A stretch of DNA of 64,000 nt from a bacterium (GTDB taxonomy: Bacteria > UBA8248 > JACPRG01 > G963555815), in NCBI GenBank assembly GCA_965218795.1, contig OZ244653.1, forward strand, positions 2,528,001 to 2,592,000, written 5' to 3'. Each line of letters starts with the position of its first letter. Positions within the stretch are counted from its first letter, which is position 1. This document shows, piece by piece, positions 40,536 through 50,284 of this stretch. The position numbers and the translations under genes were made by a program. Below the pieces are notes generated by a model. The model was not told where the DNA came from and did not search any database. It saw only the letters and a list, made by a program, of their open reading frames with translations.

Positions 40536-43500
40536 TCAGTCCCAAAGCCAGTCCAGATCCGAGAATGCGAGCGCCTGATCGAAGTTCTCGATGTTGTCCT
40601 CGACATTGAGAATAAGGCATCGCTCATTGCCGCCGTTCTTCACGCCGCGCAAGCCTCTGCCGATCATCTGGAAATAGAGATTCGGACTGTAGACCGGCCG
40701 CGCCACGATGATGGCGCGAGTCTTAGGGGCGTCGAATCCCTCCCGGAATACGGCGTAGTTCACGAGCGCCTTGATCTCACCGCGCCGGAATTCCTCGACC
40801 ACTCGTCGGCGGGTCGCCGTCTCCGTCTCTCCGCTCACGGCCCTTGACTTGATGCCCTTCGCATTCAGAAGCGCCGCTACGGTCTGCGCGTGCTCGACCG
40901 ATGTCGCGAAGATGAGAGTAGGCCAACTCGGATCGACATAGGTTTCATACGCTTCGATGATACGCCTGGTGCGCTCGCGGTCCCCCGCGATGCGGTTTTC
41001 CACGCTCTGAGGAAGCCAGGGCGTGCGTTCCATTCCCTGTAATTCGCCGGCGTACAGGTGAAACACGCCGCCTTCGATAGTTTCGTGATCGGCGCGTGCG
41101 AGCACACGCATGTCTTGCAACTCGCCAATGACATCCTGAGGGTCGTCACTCCCAAACGCTTCGGCATCAAGCCGGTTACTGCCGTAACGTCTGGCCAACC
41201 AAGCGGTTTCTTCCTCGTTGTATCCACGATAGGGCGTTGCGGTGAGGCCGATCAGAAATGGCTCGTCGGCTGTCTGCCGGCGGGTCAAGCCGATTTCCTG
41301 CATGACTGAGGTAAAGGTCGGAGCAATAGATCGATGCGCCTCGTCGAAAACGACGAGCTTGAAGTCGGTCAGAAAACCATACCCGTCGGGCGAGTTCGAG
41401 AGTTTGGCGTTGAGCGTCTGGATTGTCGCGACAACGACATGGAGGTCGTTTGTCGGTAGCGGTCTCTGCTGTCCGGCCCACATCCTGGAGATGCGAAGCT
41501 GCGCTGTCTCGGCGCCGATGCTCGACCATACTTGCCGCCATGCCTCGACCGCCTGTTCGCACAGTTCGTCGCGGTCCGCGACCCAGAGGACCCCGCCGCG
41601 GAAGCCGTCGTCTCGCATAACCTCGACGATCGCCTGCACGGCGACGCGGGTCTTGCCCGATCCGGTCGGCATGCTGATCATCCCGCGCCGTTCGGCGCCG
41701 TTTGCGCGCCCGTTGTCGAGCATGTTCCGCACCTTGGTGACGATGGTCTCCTGGTAGTCGTGGAGTTCCGGGAGCGAGTACGGGCCTTCGACTTCCAGAA
41801 AGGGGTCGCGCTTCCTGTCCCGCTCTCCGGCCCATTCGGCGGAGAATCCGAGTAAGCGGACGAAATCAACAGCCCGCGCCGACCCGGCCCAACGTGTTGG
41901 CGGATCCAGGCGGTCCAGCACCCGCCGATACTGTCTGAGAGCGTCCGAGTGGTACGTGGCGATGGCGGCCTCGGCGATCTGGACGCCTGTCAGCGCAACG
42001 CCTTCGGCCTCGAGTATGGCAAGTAGCGAACGCGGCAGGTCACGGCGGAGCGCATCTTCTCCTACAGCGGCCAGGAGACGCTCGGCATCCGTCGAACATT
42101 CCCTTACGGCGGCGCGTCGTTCTTCGATTTCCTGCCGCGTCTCGCGTTGCAGTATCTTCTCAAGCTGACGTTCAACAAGATTCAGCTCCAGACCGTCGGA
42201 GACGAGCCGCAGTTCATGGCGGGCGTCATCGTTGTCCGTGCGGGCGAGATAAATGTTCGGAAACGTGAAAACGCACTCCGACTCGACGCTGCCGACAAGG
42301 ATTCTTTCACAGTGTATGAGTTGGCATGTCTTCCGATGCGCCGGAAGATGCTCTTCCAATCCCGGCCAGACGTCGGTCAAGGGGACCGGATCCTCTTCGC
42401 CGATGAATTCCGGCATCGGTTCCGCCAGATCGAATGCCTCTTTGATCCTGTCGGCCTTCGGGTGGGACAGCAATGCGTGCAGGGCTGACGGGCTTTTCGG
42501 CTGCGGCCCGAGCGCATCCTCGAACGGAACGATACCGTCGGGGGTTCGGATCCGACCGTGTTTTCGGAGCATGTGAATCGCTGGCGACTCGCAGGGCATC
42601 TTTTGGTAACTCTGCTGATTCGTACCCGTATGCTGCATCATCCACTTCTCGTAAGTGGCATCGAGGTTCAGCAGCGCATCGGTGTAGAGCACTTTGCCTT
42701 CGTCGGAAAGAACGGATAAGACTTCCAGTGGACCGACACCCTTGACCGAGGTAAATCCCAGATAACTCCATTGTGGAATATGAGGTAAACCATCCTGTTC
42801 ACGAAATCGGAGGCGACACGGGTGCCTGAATGAATGGAACCAAGGCTCCGAGGATAGGTCACGGCTATCTTGCGGTTCATCCGTCACGCCGAGCTTGCGC
42901 AGCAATTCAAGATCGGGTTCATGGAAGTCCGTGTCCACGGTGGTATCGTCGTCCCGGATCCTATCGCCGGGCACGATGTCGCCCGGCAAAAGCACGGAGT
43001 GAAGCGGCCGCCAGTCGCCGGACCGTGTTCGGACGCGGAGTTTTTCTAGCCAGAGTTCTCGACTTCGCCAATCTTTGTGTTCTCGAATGAGGGCACCTGC
43101 CGTCTGCGCCTCTAACTTACGTGCTGATATCCAAAATTTTTCAAGGAGGCCGGCTTCCGGTTCTCCGTCACCATCCAGCACGCGCTGCGCGATGAGCTTG
43201 AAACTGCTTTCGAGCGAAGGCGGCTTGATCCCGAGCTTCTTCAAGGCCGTGAGAGTGTCGCTATCCGATACGAGTTGGGGGTGTACGAATGAATCCGGGA
43301 TCAGAGCGTGTCCGCCATCCAGCGCCTCGTCAGGCAGGAAGACACGCTCGGGATCCGGTGTTTGCCAGTCACCGCATGCCGTCAGAACAATGTCCCCAAG
43401 GTTTTTCCCCGACCTTGCCTCAGGCGATATGAGCGCCGCCGTCTGGATTGCGGCCATGGAAGCGTCAACGGCGGCGTCCGACTCCTGTTCCGTCACAAGC

Positions 43501-44978
43501 GCCTCCAGCCACTTGGCGACCGTGGCCCTTGGTGCGGCTGGGGAATCGCCGGACCACCGTGGAGGGAACAACCGGTCGATGGCGGCGAGTCGGTTGCGCG
43601 TGAGCGCCTTGTGATGGAGCCAGTCCGACGGTCGGCCCGGATACGCCGCCCATCGCTCGAACGGCGCGAGGTTCAGGTCACCAGAGGTCAATTCTTTCGG
43701 GGGATAACCGATTTCCTCAGTGGCGCGCGGGTTCCCGTCTTGATCGGGAATGATTTCACGCTCGTGAAGATTCGAGAACAGGCGCTTGCGAAGCAGCTCA
43801 ACCTGCACGGAGTCGCCCGCCTCACGCCGGCGCGGCAGCGCGTCCAGATGTCGTGCGGGATCTGTTTCTGTCGCGAGTGAAGGCAGTTCGTCGGTGACCA
43901 TCTCCGCCGCGGCTCCGATCAACTCCTCGTTGTATGGACCCGGCAACAGGTTCTGACGGTCCTCGTTGGTTTTCCACGGCGCATTCAGGATGCCGGCGAC
44001 GAGGCTCGCAGTGTGCGTCGGGAAGAATGCCCAGAAGTGGCCTGGATCGGTCAGCCGAGCGAGCGGCGCGGCCCACCAGATAGGCACTTCGTCGCCGTCG
44101 TCGAGAGACCTCCGGTCGGCTCGGGCGTCGCCCGACAGCGGATGCGTGCGCTTGAACAGTTTCCAGTCACTGGTCGTATCGCCGGCGGCGAGAAGGTATT
44201 CGCCATCGACATAAAGGAGTTCGAGCTTTCGGTCGAGGTCCGATAGATCGTCGTTGAGCGTCAGTCGGCTGACATGCTGGACGAACAGAAGGAACTCCGG
44301 CGGGAAGTCGCGCATCTGCCGGGCGAGGGCGTCGTGCGCTTCAGGTTTGAGCGGCAGCCGCACGATGTTCGTCGCCCAATTCATGAGTTCGCGCAGAACG
44401 TCGTCATTATCCCGGCTCTCACGAGAGTCAATGGGCTCGGACAGGCGCAGTGCCGGGTAGCGCTTGGCGTCCGGCGCCACCCGTCGTATGCGCTCGCGTA
44501 TGCGCTCGCGCGAACGGGTGCGGTCGAAACGGAACGAGCCGGATCTGCTGAAAAATTCCGGGGCATCGGTGACGCCGAGAACGGACTTGAAGCCGAGGCC
44601 GAACCTGCCGATCTCGCTAGTCCCGCGTTTGGGCGACAGGTGCGAGAACATGAGCGCCTTCACGCCGTCCTTGTCGATCGGCTCCCCGTCATCGGCGCAG
44701 TACAGACAGTCTTCGGTCAGGCGGAGCGCGATGCGTCCGCCGTCCGACGTGCCAGCCAAAGCGTCCGCGCTGTTTTGGATCAGTTCGAACAGTTGGCGGT
44801 CAGCGTAGCCGCCGCGCGCCGTGTCTTCTTCCTGGTTGGCGTGCTCATCGACAAAGTTGGGCTGCTGCTCATAAGAACGGAGAGTCTTTTCCGACTCCTC
44901 GGCGATATAGGCACCCAACTCTCCTTCAGGTCCGGCCCAATCGTCAGCCCCTGGCGATCTATCTTTATCATCGCTCAT
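40536..44978 (-). CDS. Sacsin-type GHKL ATPase fused to a C-terminal SF2 (ResIII/DEAH) helicase (start may lie at 44987 or 45023)
   Basis: N-terminal FELIQNSADA, DDG and IGRFGLGFKSV; C-terminal MPTGSGKT, DEAH, LTATP, EGFD.P and QMIGRGLR. Confidence 0.9.
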   Translation of the reverse strand: MSDDKDRSPGADDWAGPEGELGAYIAEESEKTLRSYEQQPNFVDEHANQEEDTARGGYADRQLFELIQNSADALAGTSDGGRIALRLTEDCLYCADDGEPIDKDGVKALMFSHLSPKRGTSEIGRFGLGFKSVLGVTDAPEFFSRSGSFRFDRTRSRERIRERIRRVAPDAKRYPALRLSEPIDSRESRDNDDVLRELMNWATNIVRLPLKPEAHDALARQMRDFPPEFLLFVQHVSRLTLNDDLSDLDRKLELLYVDGEYLLAAGDTTSDWKLFKRTHPLSGDARADRRSLDDGDEVPIWWAAPLARLTDPGHFWAFFPTHTASLVAGILNAPWKTNEDRQNLLPGPYNEELIGAAAEMVTDELPSLATETDPARHLDALPRRREAGDSVQVELLRKRLFSNLHEREIIPDQDGNPRATEEIGYPPKELTSGDLNLAPFERWAAYPGRPSDWLHHKALTRNRLAAIDRLFPPRWSGDSPAAPRATVAKWLEALVTEQESDAAVDASMAAIQTAALISPEARSGKNLGDIVLTACGDWQTPDPERVFLPDEALDGGHALIPDSFVHPQLVSDSDTLTALKKLGIKPPSLESSFKLIAQRVLDGDGEPEAGLLEKFWISARKLEAQTAGALIREHKDWRSRELWLEKLRVRTRSGDWRPLHSVLLPGDIVPGDRIRDDDTTVDTDFHEPDLELLRKLGVTDEPQDSRDLSSEPWFHSFRHPCRLRFREQDGLPHIPQWSYLGFTSVKGVGPLEVLSVLSDEGKVLYTDALLNLDATYEKWMMQHTGTNQQSYQKMPCESPAIHMLRKHGRIRTPDGIVPFEDALGPQPKSPSALHALLSHPKADRIKEAFDLAEPMPEFIGEEDPVPLTDVWPGLEEHLPAHRKTCQLIHCERILVGSVESECVFTFPNIYLARTDNDDARHELRLVSDGLELNLVERQLEKILQRETRQEIEERRAAVRECSTDAERLLAAVGEDALRRDLPRSLLAILEAEGVALTGVQIAEAAIATYHSDALRQYRRVLDRLDPPTRWAGSARAVDFVRLLGFSAEWAGERDRKRDPFLEVEGPYSLPELHDYQETIVTKVRNMLDNGRANGAERRGMISMPTGSGKTRVAVQAIVEVMRDDGFRGGVLWVADRDELCEQAVEAWRQVWSSIGAETAQLRISRMWAGQQRPLPTNDLHVVVATIQTLNAKLSNSPDGYGFLTDFKLVVFDEAHRSIAPTFTSVMQEIGLTRRQTADEPFLIGLTATPYRGYNEEETAWLARRYGSNRLDAEAFGSDDPQDVIGELQDMRVLARADHETIEGGVFHLYAGELQGMERTPWLPQSVENRIAGDRERTRRIIEAYETYVDPSWPTLIFATSVEHAQTVAALLNAKGIKSRAVSGETETATRRRVVEEFRRGEIKALVNYAVFREGFDAPKTRAIIVARPVYSPNLYFQMIGRGLRGVKNGGNERCLILNVEDNIENFDQALAFSDLDWLWD

Positions 44979-45086
44979 GGAAACCATTGCAGTTGCCAGC
45001 CGTGGATCTGAACCGGATGCCACTCAGCCCGGTGGCCGATCAGTATCGCGAGATTTCAGTGGCTATTCTGCGTCAGGTAAGAGGGC

Positions 45087-45545
45087 TCACCCTTCGCCGC
45101 CAAAGGAGATCTCGTCCGGGAGCTCGTTGGCGTCATCGGACTGCCAAGGGAAAAATTCGTGGAGCTTCTCGCCAATTCGGGCAATGCCTTCGACCATCCC
45201 CTGGCTGAAGTCATCTTCCCGGAAGTGCGAAACCATCCGATCTTTCACATCCTCCCAGAAGTTCTCGGGCACCACCCTGTGGATCCCTTCATCCCCGAGA
45301 ATGGCAAACCGATGACTGGCCGTTGCGAGATAGATCAGCACGCCGTTCCGCTGAGCCGTCTTGTCCATCTCCAGCTGGAAGAACAATTCCTTCGCGTGGT
45401 CCAGGGGCTCCTCGGTGGGGCAGCGTCCTTCCAGATGGAGCCTGATCTCGCCCGAGGTATGATCCTCGGCCTTCTCGATGGCTTCCAGAATCCGCTTCTG
45501 TTCATCCGCGGAGAAGAACTTCTTTGGATTGTTCCTCCGTCTCAT
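45087..45545 (-). CDS. TPM domain membrane-associated protein
   Basis: AE..TSGEIR, T..RNGVLIY, GD.GI and NELPD motifs; third gene of the lemA cassette. Confidence 0.9.
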   Translation of the reverse strand: MRRRNNPKKFFSADEQKRILEAIEKAEDHTSGEIRLHLEGRCPTEEPLDHAKELFFQLEMDKTAQRNGVLIYLATASHRFAILGDEGIHRVVPENFWEDVKDRMVSHFREDDFSQGMVEGIARIGEKLHEFFPWQSDDANELPDEISFGGEG

Positions 45546-45579
45546 GTCTCTCCAGACCCCCTGAAGTACGAGATGGGAG

Positions 45580-46386
45580 CTACCAGCCTCCGCTGGCGCC
45601 GCCCCCGCCAAACCCACCGCCGCCGCCGGAGAAACCGCTGAACCCGCCGCCCCCGAATCCGCCTCTTCCCATGGAGGAGCCGCGATGGCTCATTCCGAAG
45701 AATATGGCAGATCCCAAGCCCCAATATCCGAGCCGCCGCCTGCGGAACCCGCCGAACCCGCCGAACAGCAACAAGAGCAACAGAAAATACCCGAGCCCTC
45801 CAAGGGAGAAACCGCCGCGCTTCCGCCGTTTCGCCCGCGGCTGGCCCTGATACTCGCCCTTTGTCGCCGCGACAATTCCCCGCAACCCTGCGACAATACC
45901 GCCGTAGTAATCTCCCTTGCGAAATCGGGGCGCGATCTCATTGCGGATGATTGTGCCGGCCAAGGCGTCCGGCAAAGCCCCTTCCAGCCCATATCCCACT
46001 TCAATTCGAAGCCTTCGATCGTCCTTGACCACGAGAAGGATCGCACCGTTATCCTTCCCCTTCCGGCCCGGTTTCCATTTCTCCGCCACGCGGATGGAAA
46101 AATCCTCGAGATTGTCTCCGGCTAACGTGGGAATCATGAGAACCAGGAGCTGGTTCGAGGTCTTCTCTTCAACTTCGGCCAACCCGCGTTCCAGGCCGGC
46201 CTTCTGTTCGGGCGTCAGCGTGCCCGTCAGATCCGTGACTCGGGTCTTGGGAGGCGGAGGGACGTCCAGCGCAGCCACCGAGACAGCGCCGACGCTCCCA
46301 CTCAGCACTGCGGCAACCGCTACAGGCGGGAAAAACTTCTTCATCCAAAAATGGGGCGAAATGAGAGATTGACCCATCCGAATCAA
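45580..46386 (-). CDS. TPM domain protein (YgcG-like) with Gly-rich tail
   Basis: DNG.ILLV..DDR..RIEVGYGLEG.LPD motif and GGGGFGGGGASGGW end. Confidence 0.93.
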   Translation of the reverse strand: MIRMGQSLISPHFWMKKFFPPVAVAAVLSGSVGAVSVAALDVPPPPKTRVTDLTGTLTPEQKAGLERGLAEVEEKTSNQLLVLMIPTLAGDNLEDFSIRVAEKWKPGRKGKDNGAILLVVKDDRRLRIEVGYGLEGALPDALAGTIIRNEIAPRFRKGDYYGGIVAGLRGIVAATKGEYQGQPRAKRRKRGGFSLGGLGYFLLLLLLFGGFGGFRRRRLGYWGLGSAIFFGMSHRGSSMGRGGFGGGGFSGFSGGGGGFGGGGASGGW

Positions 46387-46952
46387 AACTTGACCTTCGG
46401 CACTTTCTTCGCCCCCGCCTCGGCTTCGAAGAGCTGCATCCGTTGAAAATCGAATATCCCGGCGATCAGGTTGGCGGGAAACCGGCGAATGCCTGTGTTG
46501 TACTGTTGCACGGCAAGGTTGAACCGGCGCCGCTCGACGCTGATTCGATTCTCGGTTCCTTCCAACTGGGTCTGGAGCGCCAGGAAATTTTGATTCGAAC
46601 GGAGTTGCGGATACCTTTCAACCACGACCATCAGCCGGCCGAGCGCCGCGTCCAGGCCTCGGGCCGCCCGCATCTGCTGATTGACGTTCCCGCTCTTCCG
46701 GGCTTCTCCCCACTGGCTTCGCAAGCGCGTCACCTCGGTGAGCACCTCCCGCTCCTGCCGGGCGAACCCTTTAACGGTTTCGACCAGGTTCGGAACCAGA
46801 TCGGCCCTCCGCTGGTACTGGTTTTCCACCTGGGCCCAAGCGGTTCGCGCGGCCTCCTGCCTCCCCACGAGGGTGTTGTATCGCCCCCCAATGCTTCCGA
46901 AAATAATGAGCAGGATGACGACGACGATAATGAGCGGCAACCAGCGTTTCAC
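46383..46952 (-). CDS. lemA: LemA family protein
   Basis: W.QVENQYQRRADLVPNLV, E.YP.L and LEGTENRI.V.RR.FN motifs. Confidence 0.95.
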   Translation of the reverse strand: MKRWLPLIIVVVILLIIFGSIGGRYNTLVGRQEAARTAWAQVENQYQRRADLVPNLVETVKGFARQEREVLTEVTRLRSQWGEARKSGNVNQQMRAARGLDAALGRLMVVVERYPQLRSNQNFLALQTQLEGTENRISVERRRFNLAVQQYNTGIRRFPANLIAGIFDFQRMQLFEAEAGAKKVPKVKF

Positions 46953-47114
46953 GAATCACCTCATCCCCGAGACGTTTCATCCATTGTATGAACGAACCAT
47001 TCACTCTGTTCTTAAACAGTATATTCCAGGAAACGGCCATGCAAGCATAAGATGCGGCGTGCCGGCATCGAAGGCTTCGATCGAACCCGCACGATGTGAC
47101 CTCCCCCCGGAGAC

Positions 47115-47144
47115 TTGACCCGTCGATTTGTCGACGAGTAGATT
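47115..47144 (+). promoter_or_regulatory. Candidate promoter with a palindromic operator in the spacer
   Basis: TTGACC-N18-TAGATT with CGTCGA-TTTG-TCGACG (47121-47136) between the boxes. Confidence 0.45.
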
Positions 47145-47257
47145 GTCATCGAGGCAACGACCCTTTGGTTCTCATGCACCATGCTTGAAAATCATTCGTC
47201 CGGGCGGCCAATCGAGGGCGCCCTGAAACCTTCACCGGATCCAGTCGTTCGGATCCG

Positions 47258-47650
47258 ATGAAGTCCACGGATAGGGAGCGGGACGTGGTGGAAATCTATC
47301 TCGGGAACGAGGCGGACTTCGAGGAGGAAGGCCGCCGGGTCATCACAAAGGACGGGCTGGAGATTGGCGTGTTCCGGATCAACGGAAATTTTTTCGCCTA
47401 TGAAAACTATTGCGCGCACCAGGGAGGTCCCGTGTGTCAGGGGCGCCTGTTTCACAAGGTGGAGGAAAACCTCGATGCCGCTCAGAAGAGCAGAGGCCTG
47501 AGATTTTCGGAAGAGCATATCCATATCGTCTGCCCGTGGCACGGGTATGAATACGACATTGAAACCGGCATTTTCCCGGCGAATCCAAAACTCCGGTTGC
47601 GCAAGTTCGAAGTCGAGGTTCGCGGCGGAGAAGTGTATGTCCTGATGTAG
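47258..47650 (+). CDS. Rieske [2Fe-2S] ferredoxin-like protein
   Basis: CAHQGGP and CPWHG motifs with an extended spacer. Confidence 0.9.
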   Translation: MKSTDRERDVVEIYLGNEADFEEEGRRVITKDGLEIGVFRINGNFFAYENYCAHQGGPVCQGRLFHKVEENLDAAQKSRGLRFSEEHIHIVCPWHGYEYDIETGIFPANPKLRLRKFEVEVRGGEVYVLM

Positions 47651-47714
47651 AGGCGAACCGCGTCCCCTGCCCTTGTTCTCGGTCTCGGGGGCCGGATTTT
47701 CAGGAGTGAAACCG

Positions 47715-48935
47715 ATGGATTCGAAATTGGAGGAAACGACAGAGGTTCCCATTCAGCAAATCGATGTATATACCGACACCCGGGACATTCTCGCCCATGC
47801 GGAACAGCAGGCCCGGGAGCGAAACTATCAGGACTATGTCATCTTCGATGTCGATTCCCATCACGTCGAAACCGCATCGTGGAGCGAAGTGGCAAGATTC
47901 ATCGAGGACCCCGTCATTCGGTCACAGGCGGAGGACTACCACTCCTACCGGACTGGTTCTCCCCCCTACGGACTCAATGGGGACCTCGGCATGCGGTATC
48001 AGGACGTGGGGGGGCGGATCCCGCATCAAATGGACCGGCGTGAGAACATCGAAGAGAGCGACCTTCACCGCGATGTGGTCTTGACGCGCCGGGCCATGGA
48101 AAGTCTCGGCCTGGACTACATGGTCGTCTTTCCCACGGGAATGCTGAGCCTGGGGATGCATCCGCAGCTGCATATGGAGGTTCTACTGGGTCGCGCCTAC
48201 AACCGGTGGATGGTGGAAACCATACTGAAAGCGGATGAACGCATCAAGTCGATGCTCTACCTCCCGTTCAGCGATCCGGAAGCGGCGCTGCAGACCGTCG
48301 AGGAATTTGCCGGCGAACCCGGCGTGATCGGTTTCATGGTGACCAGCGTCCGCAACAAGCCTGTCCATGACAACCAGTACATGAAACTCTACGCAACGCT
48401 GCAGGAGCGGGGGCTCCCCCTCGCATTTCACGGCGGCTACTACTGGCAGGAACCGGTCATCGCCCAGTTTCAACGATTTCTGGGCATGCACGCCGTCGCG
48501 TTTGTCTTGTGGAACCTCGTTCATCTTGTCAATTGGGTGCTGCACGGCCTGCCCGAGCGCTTCCCAAACCTGGACGTCGTCTGGATTGAAAGCGGCGTTG
48601 CCTGGGTTCCTTTCATCATGCAGCGGCTGGATAATGAGTTTCTGCTCCGCTCGTCCGAGGCTCCCATGCTGAAGCGCCTGCCGAGCGAGTACATCCGTGA
48701 GATGTTCTTTTCGTCTCAACCCCTTGAACGAAGCGACCTCGATGGGCTGGAATTCATCTTCAGGAAAATGAACGCGGAGACCCAGTTGCTTTATGCGTCG
48801 GACTGGCCGCACCAGGACTTCGACCTGCCGAGCACCATCTTCGATCTCCCCTTTCTTTCCGATCAGGCGAAACGGAACATCCTCGGCGAAAACGCCCTCA
48901 AGCTGTTCAACCTCGAAAGGCCGGAACGCAAATAA
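47715..48935 (+). CDS. Amidohydrolase_2 family protein (ACMSD/LigW-like)
   Basis: DVDSH, AYNRW, ERFP.L....ESG..W, ASDWPH.D and ILGENA motifs. Confidence 0.9.
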   Translation: MDSKLEETTEVPIQQIDVYTDTRDILAHAEQQARERNYQDYVIFDVDSHHVETASWSEVARFIEDPVIRSQAEDYHSYRTGSPPYGLNGDLGMRYQDVGGRIPHQMDRRENIEESDLHRDVVLTRRAMESLGLDYMVVFPTGMLSLGMHPQLHMEVLLGRAYNRWMVETILKADERIKSMLYLPFSDPEAALQTVEEFAGEPGVIGFMVTSVRNKPVHDNQYMKLYATLQERGLPLAFHGGYYWQEPVIAQFQRFLGMHAVAFVLWNLVHLVNWVLHGLPERFPNLDVVWIESGVAWVPFIMQRLDNEFLLRSSEAPMLKRLPSEYIREMFFSSQPLERSDLDGLEFIFRKMNAETQLLYASDWPHQDFDLPSTIFDLPFLSDQAKRNILGENALKLFNLERPERK

Positions 48936-49064
48936 TCCGCCGCCACGGCGGGCATGACCAGGTTCAACCGGCGCGGGTGCATGGCTTCTCCCGAAGCCAT
49001 ATCCTGAATGACTGAAATTCGGGAGGATATCCGATAGGGCGGTGGCCGGCCGAATGGATCCGCG

Positions 49065-50057
49065 TCAGGCGTGAAGCTCGACGATATCTTCATCCTGCAG
49101 GACGAAATCCCGCGTCACCTTTTGACCGTCGAACTTGGATGATCCCCAAATTCGGGCGTGCTTCAAGTCTTTCCTGAAATCCTTGTGAATCGACTCGGCG
49201 AAATCCTCGACGGTGCCGCCGATGGGGAGAATAACGGGATCATCCCGGTCCGGGTCCTTGCCCGGCATTTTGGTATAGGCCCGGATGATTCGCAGCGCTT
49301 TGAAGAGCTCCGGTTTCCAAGCCTCCACCCCGTCCCCGGTTTCGGCCGAAAGACCGTAGACGGAAAACCGCTCTCCGTACAGGTCTCGGAAAATCTCCAG
49401 GTTCTCAGCGGCGTGCTCGGAATCCAGCTTCGTGGCCAAAACGAGGGCCGGCTTGAGTAAGTTCCCGAACCCGGGAGCGGCTTCGAATTCCTCCTCCATC
49501 CCCTCGGGAAATATCTTCCACCCCTTCAGAAGGCCGCGGATCTCCTTCATTTGCTCGAGCGGGTCTTCGCTCAGACTGATGACCAACAGGAAGGCGTCGG
49601 CTCCTCGCAGGACGTTGGGCAGCCAGACCCGGGCGCCTTCATAACAGACGGGCGGCAGATCCACCAATTGGACCTTGATGTTGAGGTAGGGCATCATGCC
49701 GGGCGCGGGCAACAGGGTGCTGTAGGGATAAGCCGCTACCTCGGGCGCAGCGCGGGTCAGCCGTTTCACGAGGCTGGATTTCCCCGCATTGGGCATACCC
49801 ACCAGCGCCACTTGCGCTGCGCCCTCCTTGAGAACGTTGACGCCAGTCCCTTTCCGCGCCGTCGCGGTTCTTTTTTGCGTGTCCTCTTTGAGCTGGGAAA
49901 GTTTCCGTCTGTGTTGAGCGATGAGCTTGTCGGTTCCCTTGTGATGCGGGATGACGCGCAACATCTCCTCGAGGGCCGAGATCTTATCCTGCACCGAAGA
50001 AGCGGCCCGATAGGCCTCCTCCGCTTTTTGATATTCCGGCGGAAGGTTGGCGGGCAT
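49065..50057 (-). CDS. DRG/Obg-family GTPase with C-terminal TGS domain
   Basis: HKGT N-terminal helix motif, GMPNAGKS, YPYST, TKLD, SAE; TGS-type IH...A.IWG...L.D.DIVE. Confidence 0.9.
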   Translation of the reverse strand: MPANLPPEYQKAEEAYRAASSVQDKISALEEMLRVIPHHKGTDKLIAQHRRKLSQLKEDTQKRTATARKGTGVNVLKEGAAQVALVGMPNAGKSSLVKRLTRAAPEVAAYPYSTLLPAPGMMPYLNIKVQLVDLPPVCYEGARVWLPNVLRGADAFLLVISLSEDPLEQMKEIRGLLKGWKIFPEGMEEEFEAAPGFGNLLKPALVLATKLDSEHAAENLEIFRDLYGERFSVYGLSAETGDGVEAWKPELFKALRIIRAYTKMPGKDPDRDDPVILPIGGTVEDFAESIHKDFRKDLKHARIWGSSKFDGQKVTRDFVLQDEDIVELHA

Positions 50058-50284
50058 GGCTCCGGCTCCAAATCGATGATTGAGTATATTTTATCAATGG
50101 AATCGGAAAATTCGCCTTCCTCAAGCCGCTGATGGACCGGAAATTTGCCGGCCACCTTACTTGTATCTTCGAACTCGGGCAAGACAGGTAGAGAAACTCG
50201 GAAGAATGAGATACCTTCAAGATCCATGTAGACGGGCAGACATCACAAAGCGAACATGACGACTCTTGGGCGAAAGGCATCAGA

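Noticed and set aside
45580-45690. GGC-rich low-complexity repeat
   Set aside because: It is the normal glycine-rich tail of YgcG/TPM proteins.
50079-50098. AT-rich palindrome ATTGAG...ATCAAT upstream of the GTPase as an FNR/CRP site
   Set aside because: The spacing does not fit TTGAT-N4-ATCAA; more likely promoter sequence.
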